Origin: Deltaproteobacteria bacterium
GTDB taxonomy: Bacteria > Myxococcota_A > Polyangia > JACPQR01
NCBI GenBank assembly: GCA_016190375.1
Contig: JACPQR010000213.1
Span: 3,340-67,339 of the forward strand
Length of the DNA: 64,000 bases
Direction of reading: 5' to 3'
Shown: positions 9,301 to 17,700 of the stretch, piece after piece
Position numbering within the stretch: position 1 is the stretch's first letter
How the letters are laid out: each line of letters starts with the position of its first letter
Translations under genes and position numbers: made by a program
Notes under the pieces: model-generated
What the model was told of the DNA's origin: nothing
The model's input: the letters and a program-made list of their open reading frames with translations, nothing else
The model's database searches: none

Positions 9301-10129
9301 ACTGGTTGGGATCGCCGTGCGAGCCGGAGCCGGCGCCGTCGTACGGGGCTGGCTCCTCGATCTGGTAGCCCGCGTCACGCATCGCGCCGACGATCGCCTC
9401 CGCGTCGGGCCAGTCGCCGCCGGGACCGGCGTTCCCCCACGGAGCGAAGCCGAGAAGGGCGGCGTTCGCCTCGGGCGCGTCCGACGCGTTGACGTCGTTC
9501 GCCCAGAAGGCCGCGAAGTACGACTGGCGGAGGTGGAAGCCGAGCTGTAGCCCTCCGCGCGTCCCCGCCGACTCCGAGAGGAGGTACGTGCGGTCGTTGT
9601 CGACGTCGTATTGCGCTCGGACCTCGTCGAGGACGCTCGCTCCGACCGAGCCGTCGCCGAAGTAGTCCGCTCCGTCGAGCACGGCGAAGATGAGGTCGCC
9701 GTTGCCCGTCATGCCGGCCAGGCTCTGCAGGTTGGAGGTCATCGTCGCGCCGCCCTCGGTCCCGGAGAAGACGATCATGAGGCCGTTCGGGCTGCCTTCC
9801 CGGTACGAGCCGGGCACGATCAGTCGGTACTCGACCAAGTCTCCCGTCTGCCTGGCCTCACCGTTCGCCGCACCGCCTCCGGCGCCACCCGAGGAGCCGC
9901 CGAGCGGCGGATCGATCTCGGCGTCGCCGTCGCCGTCCCCGTCGCCGTCGCCGTCGGCGTCCGCATCGGCGTCCGAGTCGGCGTCGGTGTCCGAATCTCC
10001 GTCGCCGTCGGAGTCGCCGTCGGCATCGGCGTCGCCGTCTGCGTCGGCGTCGTCGTCGGCGCCCAGGCGGCCCGAGTCGCACCCCCACGCAACGAGGAGG
10101 ACCAGCGCGAAGATCCAGGTCCGTCGCAC
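9260..10129 (-). CDS. lipoprotein: acidic Asp-rich (TSP3-like, calcium-binding-type) repeat + esterase/PHB-depolymerase-like alpha/beta-hydrolase domain
   Basis: Lipobox LLVAWGC. DDDADADGDADADGDSDGDGDSDTDADSDADADADGDGDGDGDGD tract. C-terminal region with LLSESAG nucleophile-elbow-like motif. Confidence 0.6.
   Translation of the reverse strand: MRRTWIFALVLLVAWGCDSGRLGADDDADADGDADADGDSDGDGDSDTDADSDADADADGDGDGDGDGDAEIDPPLGGSSGGAGGGAANGEARQTGDLVEYRLIVPGSYREGSPNGLMIVFSGTEGGATMTSNLQSLAGMTGNGDLIFAVLDGADYFGDGSVGASVLDEVRAQYDVDNDRTYLLSESAGTRGGLQLGFHLRQSYFAAFWANDVNASDAPEANAALLGFAPWGNAGPGGDWPDAEAIVGAMRDAGYQIEEPAPYDGAGSGSHGDPNQFIAALEWFPGKSR
9921..10060. repeat. coding low-complexity (GTCGCC/GTCGGC)n tract encoding the poly-Asp-Ala/Gly/Ser linker
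   Basis: gtcgccgtcgccgtccccgtcgccgtcgccgtcggcgtccgcatcggcgtccgagtcggcgtcggtgtc... is visible directly. Confidence 0.6.
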
Positions 10130-10163
10130 CCAGCGACAGTATCACGCTACCATCCGGCCGCCC

Positions 10164-10907
10164 ATGCGCCACGCGATCGAGATCGGCTCGGGCGCCCTCG
10201 CGACGGCGCTCGTGTCGGGGGACGTCGCGGCGATCGGCTGCGCCGCGACCGCCCTGGCCGGGGCGGTGGGGCTGGGCGTCGCGTTCCCGTCTCTCGGCGT
10301 CTTCGGCCCGGTCGAGTCGCGCATCGCCGGCGAACCGGGGACGATCGCGCTCACGTTCGACGACGGGCCGGACCCGCGGTTCACGCCGCGCGTCCTCGAG
10401 GCGCTCGCCCGCGCCGGACATCTGGCGACGTTCTTTCTCGTGGGCCGGTCCCTCGAGCGTCACGCCGATCAAGCCCGAGCCATCCGGGACGCGGGCCACT
10501 CCCTCGGCGTCCACTCCTTCGCCCACTCGAGCTACAACGCGTTCTTCGGCAAGCCCCGCCTGCGCGCGGACTTCGAGGCCGCCGAGCGCGTCTGGGAAAC
10601 AGCTCTCGGCGGGCGGCCAGCTCTCTACCGCCCGCCCGTCGGGCTCGTGAACCCGAACGTGATGGCCGTCGCGCGGGAGCGCGGCTACCGGGTCGTCGCG
10701 TGGAGCCTGAGGGCGCTCGACGGAGTCCTCCTCTACGAGCCCGGCGCGATCCGCGCTCGAGTCAGGCGCGTGACGGAAGGCGACATCGTGCTCATGCACG
10801 ACGCCCTCCTCGGGGACAGCGACGCCGTCCCTCCGGGCGTCCTCGCCCTGCCCGGGATCCTCGACGACCTGGCCGCCCGCGGTCTCAGGAGCGTCGCGCT
10901 GGGCTGA
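10164..10907 (+). CDS. polysaccharide deacetylase (NodB homology domain)
   Basis: TFDDGPDPRFTPRVLEALARAGHLATFFLVG, HSFAH and RPP motifs. Start ATG 10164 chosen because the upstream ORF extension overlaps the divergent lipoprotein gene. Confidence 0.8.
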   Translation: MRHAIEIGSGALATALVSGDVAAIGCAATALAGAVGLGVAFPSLGVFGPVESRIAGEPGTIALTFDDGPDPRFTPRVLEALARAGHLATFFLVGRSLERHADQARAIRDAGHSLGVHSFAHSSYNAFFGKPRLRADFEAAERVWETALGGRPALYRPPVGLVNPNVMAVARERGYRVVAWSLRALDGVLLYEPGAIRARVRRVTEGDIVLMHDALLGDSDAVPPGVLALPGILDDLAARGLRSVALG

Positions 10908-11634
10908 CGATCACCCGCGCCTCGCCCCCTCCGAGCGGGCAGCGAGCGGCGAATGTCCGCGGCTCCTTCAGGCCCGACCGGATCGCGCGGACGAGCTCCA
11001 TCGCCGCTGCGGGCGCGAGAGATACGCAGGGGCCGGTCGCCGGCACGGCGGGCTCGAACGGCGCCTCGGAGATCGAGCACAGCGCGCCACGGGCGCCGTC
11101 CGGCTCGAGGAGCAACGCGGCCGCGCCCTCTGCCGGACCTTGGGCGACGAGGCCCGCGCCGGACAGCCACCGCGCCGACTCCTCCGAGGCCGCGTCGGCC
11201 ACGACCGCGAGGGCGGCGGGCGCCCGCCCACTCGCCACGAGCCGCCGGGCGGTGAGCACCGCGTCCAGCCCCGCGTGGAACCCCGACGTGAGCGCGAGGT
11301 TCGGCCCGGTCAGCCCGAAGGCGATCGCGACCTCTCCGGCGGCGGCGTTGGGCGAGGTGTAGGGGAAGCGCTTGGGATCCGCGAGCCGGGCGCCCCGCCG
11401 CATGATCTTCTCGTAGAAGCGGACGTTCGTCGTGAGCGAGGCGAGGGCGCTGCCGTAAACGACCGCGACGGGACGCTCGCGCCCCGCGGGCGCTCCGAGC
11501 GCCCTGTACGCGGCGAGGAGCGCGAGGTGACACACGCGGTCCGTTCGCGCGAGCCGCTCCGGAGCATCCGGCCACTCGGCGCGCACGTCGATCGCGCCGG
11601 GCTCCACGAGACCTGCGGCGGTGACGGCGGTCAC
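10885..11634 (-). CDS. ketosynthase-like chain-length-factor/beta subunit (KS fold lacking active-site Cys), GTG start overlapping KS stop (GTGA)
   Basis: Last 249 aa of the 1191-aa ORF (VTAVTAAGLVEPGAIDV..RFPYTSPNAAAGEVAIAFGLTGPNLALTSG..) has a thiolase-like fold but no Cys-His-His triad. It sits immediately 3' of the KS and is coupled to it. Confidence 0.6.
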   Translation of the reverse strand: MTAVTAAGLVEPGAIDVRAEWPDAPERLARTDRVCHLALLAAYRALGAPAGRERPVAVVYGSALASLTTNVRFYEKIMRRGARLADPKRFPYTSPNAAAGEVAIAFGLTGPNLALTSGFHAGLDAVLTARRLVASGRAPAALAVVADAASEESARWLSGAGLVAQGPAEGAAALLLEPDGARGALCSISEAPFEPAVPATGPCVSLAPAAAMELVRAIRSGLKEPRTFAARCPLGGGEARVIVSPARRS

Positions 11635-12791
11635 GGCGCTTCCAGGACGAGCGCGGCGTTCGAGCCACCGAAGCCGCTCGAGAGCTTCAGCGCCGTCCGG
11701 GCCCTCGGGAGCTCGATCGGCTCGCCCGTCGTGTAGTCGAGGTCGCAGTCCGGATCGACAGCATCGGACGTCAGGGTCGGGGGACCGACTCGCCGGCTCA
11801 TTGCCGCGAGCGTGACGACCGCCTCGATCAGACCCGCAGCGCCCAGCGTGTGGCCGACGATGGGCTTGATCGTGTGGATCGGGATCTCGCGCGCCCGCTC
11901 GCCCAGAGCGTCCTTGATCCCCCGCGACTCCATCGCGTCGTTGTGCACCGTGCCGGTGCCGTGCGCGCTGACGAGATCGATGTCGCGCGCCGTCCGGCCC
12001 GAGTCCGCGAGCGCCGCCCGGATCGCGCGTGACACGCCCGCTCCTTCGCGGTCCGGAGCCGTGATGTGCCGGGCGTCGCCGCTCATCCCGGCGCCGAGCA
12101 GCCGCCCGCGCCGGCCCGCCGATCGCCTCAGGACCACGGCCGCCGCGCCTTCCCCGAGCACCAGACCCGAGCGATCTGCCCTGAAGGGAGTCGGGATCCG
12201 AGGCGAGAGCGCCCCGAGCGCGTCGAAGCCCGCGTGCACGAAGTCGCACCACGCGTCGTAGCCGACCGCGATCGCGAGATCGACGGAGCCGCAGGCGACG
12301 AGATCCGCGGCGAGGCAGAGGGCGATCGCGCCCGAGGCGCAGGCCGAGCTGACGGTCTGGACTGGCCCGGCGATCCCCAGCGCGCGCGCCGCGAAGGCCA
12401 TCGGCGCGAAGTAGCTCGCCTCGCGCGAGCCGGCGTGCTCGGGATCGCGGAGGTGACCCACGAGCTCGGTCATCGCTCCCGACGAGGTCCCCACGACCAG
12501 CGCCGAGTTCGCTCCCCGCGCCGAGCCCAGCCCCGCGTCCTCGATCGCCATCCTCGCGGCGCAGAGGACCATCCTGTGAGGCCGGGGCGCCGCCAGCTCC
12601 TCGCCAGACAGCCAGCGCTCCTCGGCGAACGCCTCCACTCGCGCGACCAGGGCCGACTTGAAGCCCAGCGCGGCGAGCTCCGGCGACTCGCGGATCGCGC
12701 TCCGCTTCGCCAGCACCTCCTCGAGGATCGCAGCCGCCCCGACCCCCGCGGCCGAGATCGCCGACACGCCCTCGATTCCAACCGGCTCCAA
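11631..12791 (-). CDS. beta-ketoacyl-ACP synthase (KAS I/II family); start tentatively TTG at 12791
   Basis: Active-site motifs SSACASG (Cys), HGTGT (His), GHTLGAAG (His), SSGFGGSNAALVLE C-terminus. Upstream part of the ORF (G/A/R low complexity) judged non-coding. No ATG near the N-terminus. Confidence 0.75.
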   Translation of the reverse strand: MEPVGIEGVSAISAAGVGAAAILEEVLAKRSAIRESPELAALGFKSALVARVEAFAEERWLSGEELAAPRPHRMVLCAARMAIEDAGLGSARGANSALVVGTSSGAMTELVGHLRDPEHAGSREASYFAPMAFAARALGIAGPVQTVSSACASGAIALCLAADLVACGSVDLAIAVGYDAWCDFVHAGFDALGALSPRIPTPFRADRSGLVLGEGAAAVVLRRSAGRRGRLLGAGMSGDARHITAPDREGAGVSRAIRAALADSGRTARDIDLVSAHGTGTVHNDAMESRGIKDALGERAREIPIHTIKPIVGHTLGAAGLIEAVVTLAAMSRRVGPPTLTSDAVDPDCDLDYTTGEPIELPRARTALKLSSGFGGSNAALVLEAP

Positions 12792-12864
12792 CGGCCCCGC
12801 ATTGTTCAGCCCCGCGGGGCCGGGGGTCAAGGCTCGACTTCGCCATGATAAGCTCACCGGCGCG

Positions 12865-14409
12865 ATGCAGCCGCGCCCGCCTGCGGCGAGGGAACGCCGC
12901 CGAGTGCTCGTGGTCGCAGCCGTGTTGCTGGGCTGCTGCAGCGGCGGGGCACCGCAGAGCGAGCGCGTCGCGAGGGTCAGGCGCGTCGAGCTGCCGCCGC
13001 CGGCGCCGCCGGCGCCGCCCGCTCCGGCTCCCGCTCGACCGCCGGCGCCGCCCGCCCCCGCGGAGCTCCTGCACCTCGTTCCTTCCCAGGTCGTCGTGTC
13101 CTCGATCGCGGGAGCGGTCCTGCACACGGCCGAGCTGGTCGACGGCAACCTCGAGACCGCATGGAACTCCGCACAGGACGACGTGACGCGCTCGTGGATC
13201 GCGTTTCGCGTCCCGCGCGACGCTCGCGTGACCTCCCTTCGGCTCACGGCCGGGTTCGTGAAGGTGGACGGGCCGCGCGACTTCTTCACCGGGAACTACC
13301 GCGTTCGCAAGGTGCGCGTCAGCCGCGACGGCGAAGCGCTCGGGGAGCATGCCCTCGACCCGGACGACCGAGGCCTGCAGACGATCGCCGTCGCCGGCCC
13401 CGGCGGCGAGTACCGGATCGACTTCGTCGATCTCGTCGCAGGAACGAGCGAACGCTGGCGCCAGACGTGCGTCTCCGAGCTGGAAGTCCTCGGCGTGCCT
13501 GGCGCCGAGCGGCACGCGGCCCCGGCGCCTCCGCTCGTGCGGATTGGCTCGTTCGCCGGCATTCCGGCGGCCGACGGCCGGGTCACGCCGCTCGTGAGCG
13601 CCAGGGGCATGGTCGTCCAGAAACGTCCGGCGATCGACCGGCAGGACCTCGCCCGCATCCTGCAGGGGGCCTGGCTCACCCCGGCCGAGCCGCGCGCCTG
13701 GACGGTGCTGGGCGGCGACGGCGGTGACCGGGTCGCCCTCGTCTGGCTCACGCACCGGTCCGGCAGCGAGCGGGCGGCGGAGAGGAGACGGGCTCGGCGA
13801 GGTCTCCGACGGCTGCCCGCCGGCTCGGAGGGCTGCTCCTCGGAGGGCGCGTGCCCGGAGCTCCACGCCGCCAGGGTCTCCTTGCCCGCGCGGGGAGTCC
13901 CCCAGGTGGAGCGCCTGGTGGAGATCGGGGAGGACATGTGCGGCCCGGACACGTACCTGGAGCAGTCGATAGGGCATGCCGACCCCGCCTTCGGCGCCAA
14001 CTTCGCCGGTCGGATCGACCTGGAGGAGCTCGACGCCGACGGATCCGTCGAGGCGAGCTTTCGGGTCCGGTGGCAGACTACCCCTCAGTGCGCCGTGGGC
14101 TACAACGAGCTCCGGAGGCTTCTGATCCTCGATGTCGAGTCGTCGCAGGTCCAGCTCGAGGTCACGCTCTTCGAGCACCCGCAGGCCTCGAGCCTGCCGC
14201 GGGTGGACACTCGCCTCTCGCCGCGCGATCTCGATGGCGACGGCCATCCGGATTTCGAGATGAGGACGACCGAGCTCCTCCAGTGCTTCGGGGAAGAGCG
14301 GGGACCAGACTGCGGCTACCGTACGCAGGACAAGACCCTCCTCTACGATCCAGCGTCGGACCGCTGGATCGAGCGACCGCTCGCTCCTTCCCCAGCCTCC
14401 TCGCCCTGA
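12865..14409 (+). CDS. lipoprotein with discoidin/F5-8 type C-like (galactose-binding-like) domain
   Basis: Start MQPRPPAARERRRVLVVAAVLLGCCSGG (lipobox). Pro-Ala-rich linker, then GNLETAWNS..WIAFRVP discoidin-like signature. C-terminal D/E/Y-rich globular region. Confidence 0.6.
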   Translation: MQPRPPAARERRRVLVVAAVLLGCCSGGAPQSERVARVRRVELPPPAPPAPPAPAPARPPAPPAPAELLHLVPSQVVVSSIAGAVLHTAELVDGNLETAWNSAQDDVTRSWIAFRVPRDARVTSLRLTAGFVKVDGPRDFFTGNYRVRKVRVSRDGEALGEHALDPDDRGLQTIAVAGPGGEYRIDFVDLVAGTSERWRQTCVSELEVLGVPGAERHAAPAPPLVRIGSFAGIPAADGRVTPLVSARGMVVQKRPAIDRQDLARILQGAWLTPAEPRAWTVLGGDGGDRVALVWLTHRSGSERAAERRRARRGLRRLPAGSEGCSSEGACPELHAARVSLPARGVPQVERLVEIGEDMCGPDTYLEQSIGHADPAFGANFAGRIDLEELDADGSVEASFRVRWQTTPQCAVGYNELRRLLILDVESSQVQLEVTLFEHPQASSLPRVDTRLSPRDLDGDGHPDFEMRTTELLQCFGEERGPDCGYRTQDKTLLYDPASDRWIERPLAPSPASSP

Positions 14410-14512
14410 TCGGAAAGGCGCAATGTACTTCGTGAGCTGAACGGATGAGGCCACCGGCATCTCCGGCTCACGCCTGTTCGAGCTGATCGCCGATGGGCGG
14501 CTCGAGCTGCGC

Positions 14513-14679
14513 TAGGAGACTGGTGCAGAACTCCGGACCGAGCCGGGCGGTCGAGGCGGCCCCGGATCCTAGGCGCACCGACGACGCATATCCTTCGATA
14601 TTCGGAGGAGGCGCAACGACGGAGACGGGGGCGGATCGGCCGATCCGGCGACGGGAGCGAGTTCTGCACCAGTCTCCTA
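14513..14679. repeat. 167-bp palindromic element with perfect 21-bp terminal inverted repeats (taggagactggtgcagaactc ... gagttctgcaccagtctccta); candidate MITE/REP-like element or large structured RNA
   Basis: The arms at 14513-14533 and 14659-14679 are exact reverse complements. The interior carries nested palindromes (ggatcggccgatcc, cctagg, ggatcc, atatc-gaag-gatat). The right arm ends exactly on the OYE stop codon. Confidence 0.7.
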
Positions 14680-15882
14680 ACCGCCTTCAGCCCTCCTCCA
14701 CATCGTCCTGGCCGCGCTCATCAGCGTACGGACCCGGCTCAGCTTCGCGTCCGGCTCGAGCCCCCGCCCCATCCGGTGGAGCTGCTCGTGGTACCACCCG
14801 CCCTCCGTCGCCGCGGCGAGCACCGCGAGCCTCCCGCTCGGCGGCGTGGCCGCGGACGCCCGGGTCCTTCCGGCGAGGATCTGCATGGGGAGATCGGGCT
14901 CGAGCGCGATCGGCCGCGCGAGCCCGACGACGTCGGCGCTCCCTTCGAGGAGGACCTCTTCGATCACCCGAGGCGTGCGCAGCCCGCCGGTGAGCATCAG
15001 CGGGCAGCCCACCGCTCCCCTGATCTGCCGCGCGTAGTCCAGGAAGTGCGCCTCCCGCTCCCGCGTCGAGTCTCTGGGGGCCACGAACATCGCCGGTCGC
15101 TCGTAGGTGCCGCCGGAGATCTCCAGGAGCTCGACGCCCTCCTGGTCGAGCGTGCGCGCCACGACCGTCGCCTCCTCGTCGCCGAAGCCGCCGCGCAGGA
15201 AGTCCGACGAGTTCAGCTTCACCGACACGGCGAACCGGGGACCGACCGCCCTCCGCACGGCCCGGAGGCTCTCGACGAGGAAGCGCATCCGGTTCTCCAG
15301 AGGCCCGCCCCAGGCGTCGGTGCGGAGGTTCGTGAGAGGCGAGAGGAACTGGCTGAACAGGTAGCCGTGCGCCGCGTGGAGCTGCACGCCCGAGAAGCCG
15401 GCCTCCTGGGCCAGCCGGGCCGCGCCCGCGAAGTGGCCGACCAGCGCGGAGATCTCCTCACCCGTGAGGGCGCGCGGGGCCACGAACATCCCGCCCAGGC
15501 GCAGAGGCACCGCCGAGGGCGCTACCGGAGCGCCGTTGACCGACCGAGGGCTTTGACGGCCGGCGTGGTTGAGCTGGACGAAGGCGACGCCTGGCCCGGA
15601 GGCCGCGGCCGCCGCCCAGCGTCGGAACGCCTCGAGCGGCGGCCCCTTTCGCGGGCGCACGAGGACGTTCCCGGGCTCTCCGGCCCCGCCCGGCTCGACC
15701 ATGACGTTGCCAGTGATGAAGAGCCCCGCGCCGCCGCGCGCGAGCCTGCGATACAGCACCTCGAGCTCGGGCGACGGCTCACCCCCGGGTGTGGCCATCG
15801 TCTCGCTCATCGCCGCCTTGGCGATGCGGTTGGGCAGCGTGAGCCCCGAGCGGAGCGACAGCGGCCGGGCAAGCACGCTCAC
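14677..15882 (-). CDS. Old Yellow Enzyme family NADH:flavin oxidoreductase (FMN-dependent ene-reductase); GTG start overlapping upstream stop (GTGA)
   Basis: LTLPNRIAKAAMSE, HAAHGYLFSQFLSPLTNLRTDAWGG, LEISGGTYE and a TIM-barrel OYE pattern. The N-terminal 337 aa of the ORF-track ORF is an antisense artefact. Confidence 0.8.
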   Translation of the reverse strand: MSVLARPLSLRSGLTLPNRIAKAAMSETMATPGGEPSPELEVLYRRLARGGAGLFITGNVMVEPGGAGEPGNVLVRPRKGPPLEAFRRWAAAAASGPGVAFVQLNHAGRQSPRSVNGAPVAPSAVPLRLGGMFVAPRALTGEEISALVGHFAGAARLAQEAGFSGVQLHAAHGYLFSQFLSPLTNLRTDAWGGPLENRMRFLVESLRAVRRAVGPRFAVSVKLNSSDFLRGGFGDEEATVVARTLDQEGVELLEISGGTYERPAMFVAPRDSTREREAHFLDYARQIRGAVGCPLMLTGGLRTPRVIEEVLLEGSADVVGLARPIALEPDLPMQILAGRTRASAATPPSGRLAVLAAATEGGWYHEQLHRMGRGLEPDAKLSRVRTLMSAARTMWRRAEGG

Positions 15883-16559
15883 CGAGCGGTCTCCAGCGCC
15901 GGTCGCACCGCCCGAAGCACCTCCGAGGCGACCCCGAGCTGGCTCACGACGTCGCGGGTCAGGTCCTTCAGGCCCGCGGCCTCGAGCACCGGCGAGAGCC
16001 GCACAGCGCGGCAACCTCCAAACAACGAAGGCTCGAGCTCGAAGAGCGCGCCGGCCGCCCTGGCGATGGGCCCCTTGCCGTGCGTCATGTTGACGAGCAC
16101 GAGCCGGCCCCCGGGCCTGAGCACCCGCACGAGCTCGCCCACCACCGCCGGGAAGTCTGCTTCGGGGAGCAGGTCGAACATGTAGTTGTTGAACACCACG
16201 TCGAAGCTCGCATCGGGGAAGTCCAGCGCATAGGCGTCGCCCACGGCCAGCTCCCAGCTCCCGCCCGGAGCGACGCGCGCGGCCCGTCTCCGCGCTCGCG
16301 CGAGCATCGCCGGGGTGAGATCCACGCCCACGTTCCGGCCGCGGGGGTTGGCACGCAGGGTCTGGGCGAACAGGAGCCCCGTGCCCACCGCAACCTCGAG
16401 CACGGCCTCGCCATCCTGCAGGGCTGCACGCTCGAGCGCCAATCGCCGGGCGCGACCCTCGGCGAGCCCGGCCCAGAGATCGTACACGCTCGCCAGTCGG
16501 GTATAGACGCCAGGCACCTCGGGCCGGCCGAGGGTCTTCTCGAGAATCGCTTCGTTCAT
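15879..16559 (-). CDS. class I SAM-dependent methyltransferase (UbiE/COQ5-like)
   Basis: Motif I VLEVAVGTGLL, post-I acidic residue VGVDLTPAML, motif LRPGGRLVL. Start at M179 of the ORF, ATG overlapping the ArsR stop (ATGA). Confidence 0.8.
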   Translation of the reverse strand: MNEAILEKTLGRPEVPGVYTRLASVYDLWAGLAEGRARRLALERAALQDGEAVLEVAVGTGLLFAQTLRANPRGRNVGVDLTPAMLARARRRAARVAPGGSWELAVGDAYALDFPDASFDVVFNNYMFDLLPEADFPAVVGELVRVLRPGGRLVLVNMTHGKGPIARAAGALFELEPSLFGGCRAVRLSPVLEAAGLKDLTRDVVSQLGVASEVLRAVRPALETAR

Positions 16560-16930
16560 CGGGTCCTTCCTTTCGGTTCGTGTTTCGAGACCGGGCAGCA
16601 GGCCTCGATGGAGTCCGCGAGCTGTCGCAGCGTGCCGACCAGCGCGGCGTTGCGCACGCGGTACAGGAGCTCCTTGCCGCGGCGCTCTCCCTCCACCACC
16701 CCCGCGTCGCGCAGGGTCGCGAGGTGGCGCGACACGACCGAGAGGTCCACCCGGCAGCAGCCCGACTGCGCGATCTCGGAGACGCTCCGAGGGGAGCGCT
16801 GCGCCATGAGCCAGCCGAGGATGGCGACGCGCGTCGGGTCGCACAGCGCGCGCCAGAAGCCCGGGTCGAGGAGAGAGAGACCGGCGCGCCCACGTTTGTA
16901 CGCTTGCGTCACGGTGCAAATGAGTAGCAA
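16556..16930 (-). CDS. ArsR/SmtB family metalloregulator (multiple Cys pairs)
   Basis: ALCDPTRVAILGWL winged-HTH signature. Cys pairs CC at mid-protein and C-terminus (SGCCRVDL, EACCPV) suggest thiol-based metal(loid) sensing. Confidence 0.75.
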   Translation of the reverse strand: MLLICTVTQAYKRGRAGLSLLDPGFWRALCDPTRVAILGWLMAQRSPRSVSEIAQSGCCRVDLSVVSRHLATLRDAGVVEGERRGKELLYRVRNAALVGTLRQLADSIEACCPVSKHEPKGRTR

Positions 16931-17064
16931 CGCGCGGACGGCCTGTCAACCCCCACCTCGCGGTCCCGCGGATTCGAGGTCGGACCCGACCGCAGACCCC
17001 GAGGCTCGAGGGACCCATCGGGAAAGCTGCCCCGGGCGCCCTGACGTGATAGGGATCGGCTCCG

Positions 17065-17700
17065 ATGGAGACGCTTCTCGAGCTGTATCGCAATCCCGCG
17101 GAGCTGATCGCGTGGGGCGGCTACACCGCGCTCGCCGTGATCATCTTCTCGGAGACGGGCCTCCTCGTCGGCTTCTTCCTGCCGGGCGACTCGCTTCTGG
17201 TCACGGCCGGCCTGATCGCCGCCACCCAGCCCGACGTCCTCGACATCCTCGCCCTGAACGCGCTGCTCATGCCGATGGCCATCGGGGGGGATGCCTGCGG
17301 CTACTGGATCGGCTACCGCTCGGGAAAGAGGATCTACGACCGTCCGGACTCCCGCTTCTTCAAGCGCAAGCACCTCATCGCCACGCAGGCCTTCTACGAG
17401 AAGCACGGCGGCAAGACCATCATCATCGCGCGGTTCATGCCGTTCGCCCGCACCTTCGCCCCGGTCGTGGCCGGCGTCGCCCGCATGGGCTACCCGCGGT
17501 TCGCCACGTTCAACGTCATCGGGGGGATCGGCTGGATCGGGTCGATGACGATGACCGGCTACTTGCTCGGCAACATCCCGAACGCCGACAAGTACGTCCA
17601 CGTCATCATCGCGGCCGTGATCTTCCTCTCGATCTCGCCGGGCATCTACGCCTTCGTCAGGGCGAAGCTCGCGGCGCGCCGAAGCCAGCCCGCCGCATGA
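17065..17700 (+). CDS. DedA/SNARE-associated family membrane protein
   Basis: ETGLLVGFFLPGDSLLVTAGL..GKTIIIARFMPFARTFAPVVAGVARM is canonical DedA. Confidence 0.85.
   Translation: METLLELYRNPAELIAWGGYTALAVIIFSETGLLVGFFLPGDSLLVTAGLIAATQPDVLDILALNALLMPMAIGGDACGYWIGYRSGKRIYDRPDSRFFKRKHLIATQAFYEKHGGKTIIIARFMPFARTFAPVVAGVARMGYPRFATFNVIGGIGWIGSMTMTGYLLGNIPNADKYVHVIIAAVIFLSISPGIYAFVRAKLAARRSQPAA

Noticed and set aside
10885-14460. 1191-aa minus-strand ORF
   Set aside because: Only the 3' 750 nt (chain-length-factor-like protein) is coding. The remainder runs out of frame across the KS gene and antisense to the discoidin lipoprotein gene, with Arg/Gly-rich noise.
14677-16893. 738-aa ORF suggesting one giant gene
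   Set aside because: It is really the OYE gene (from the GTG at 15882) plus an upstream spurious extension that overlaps the methyltransferase gene in another frame.
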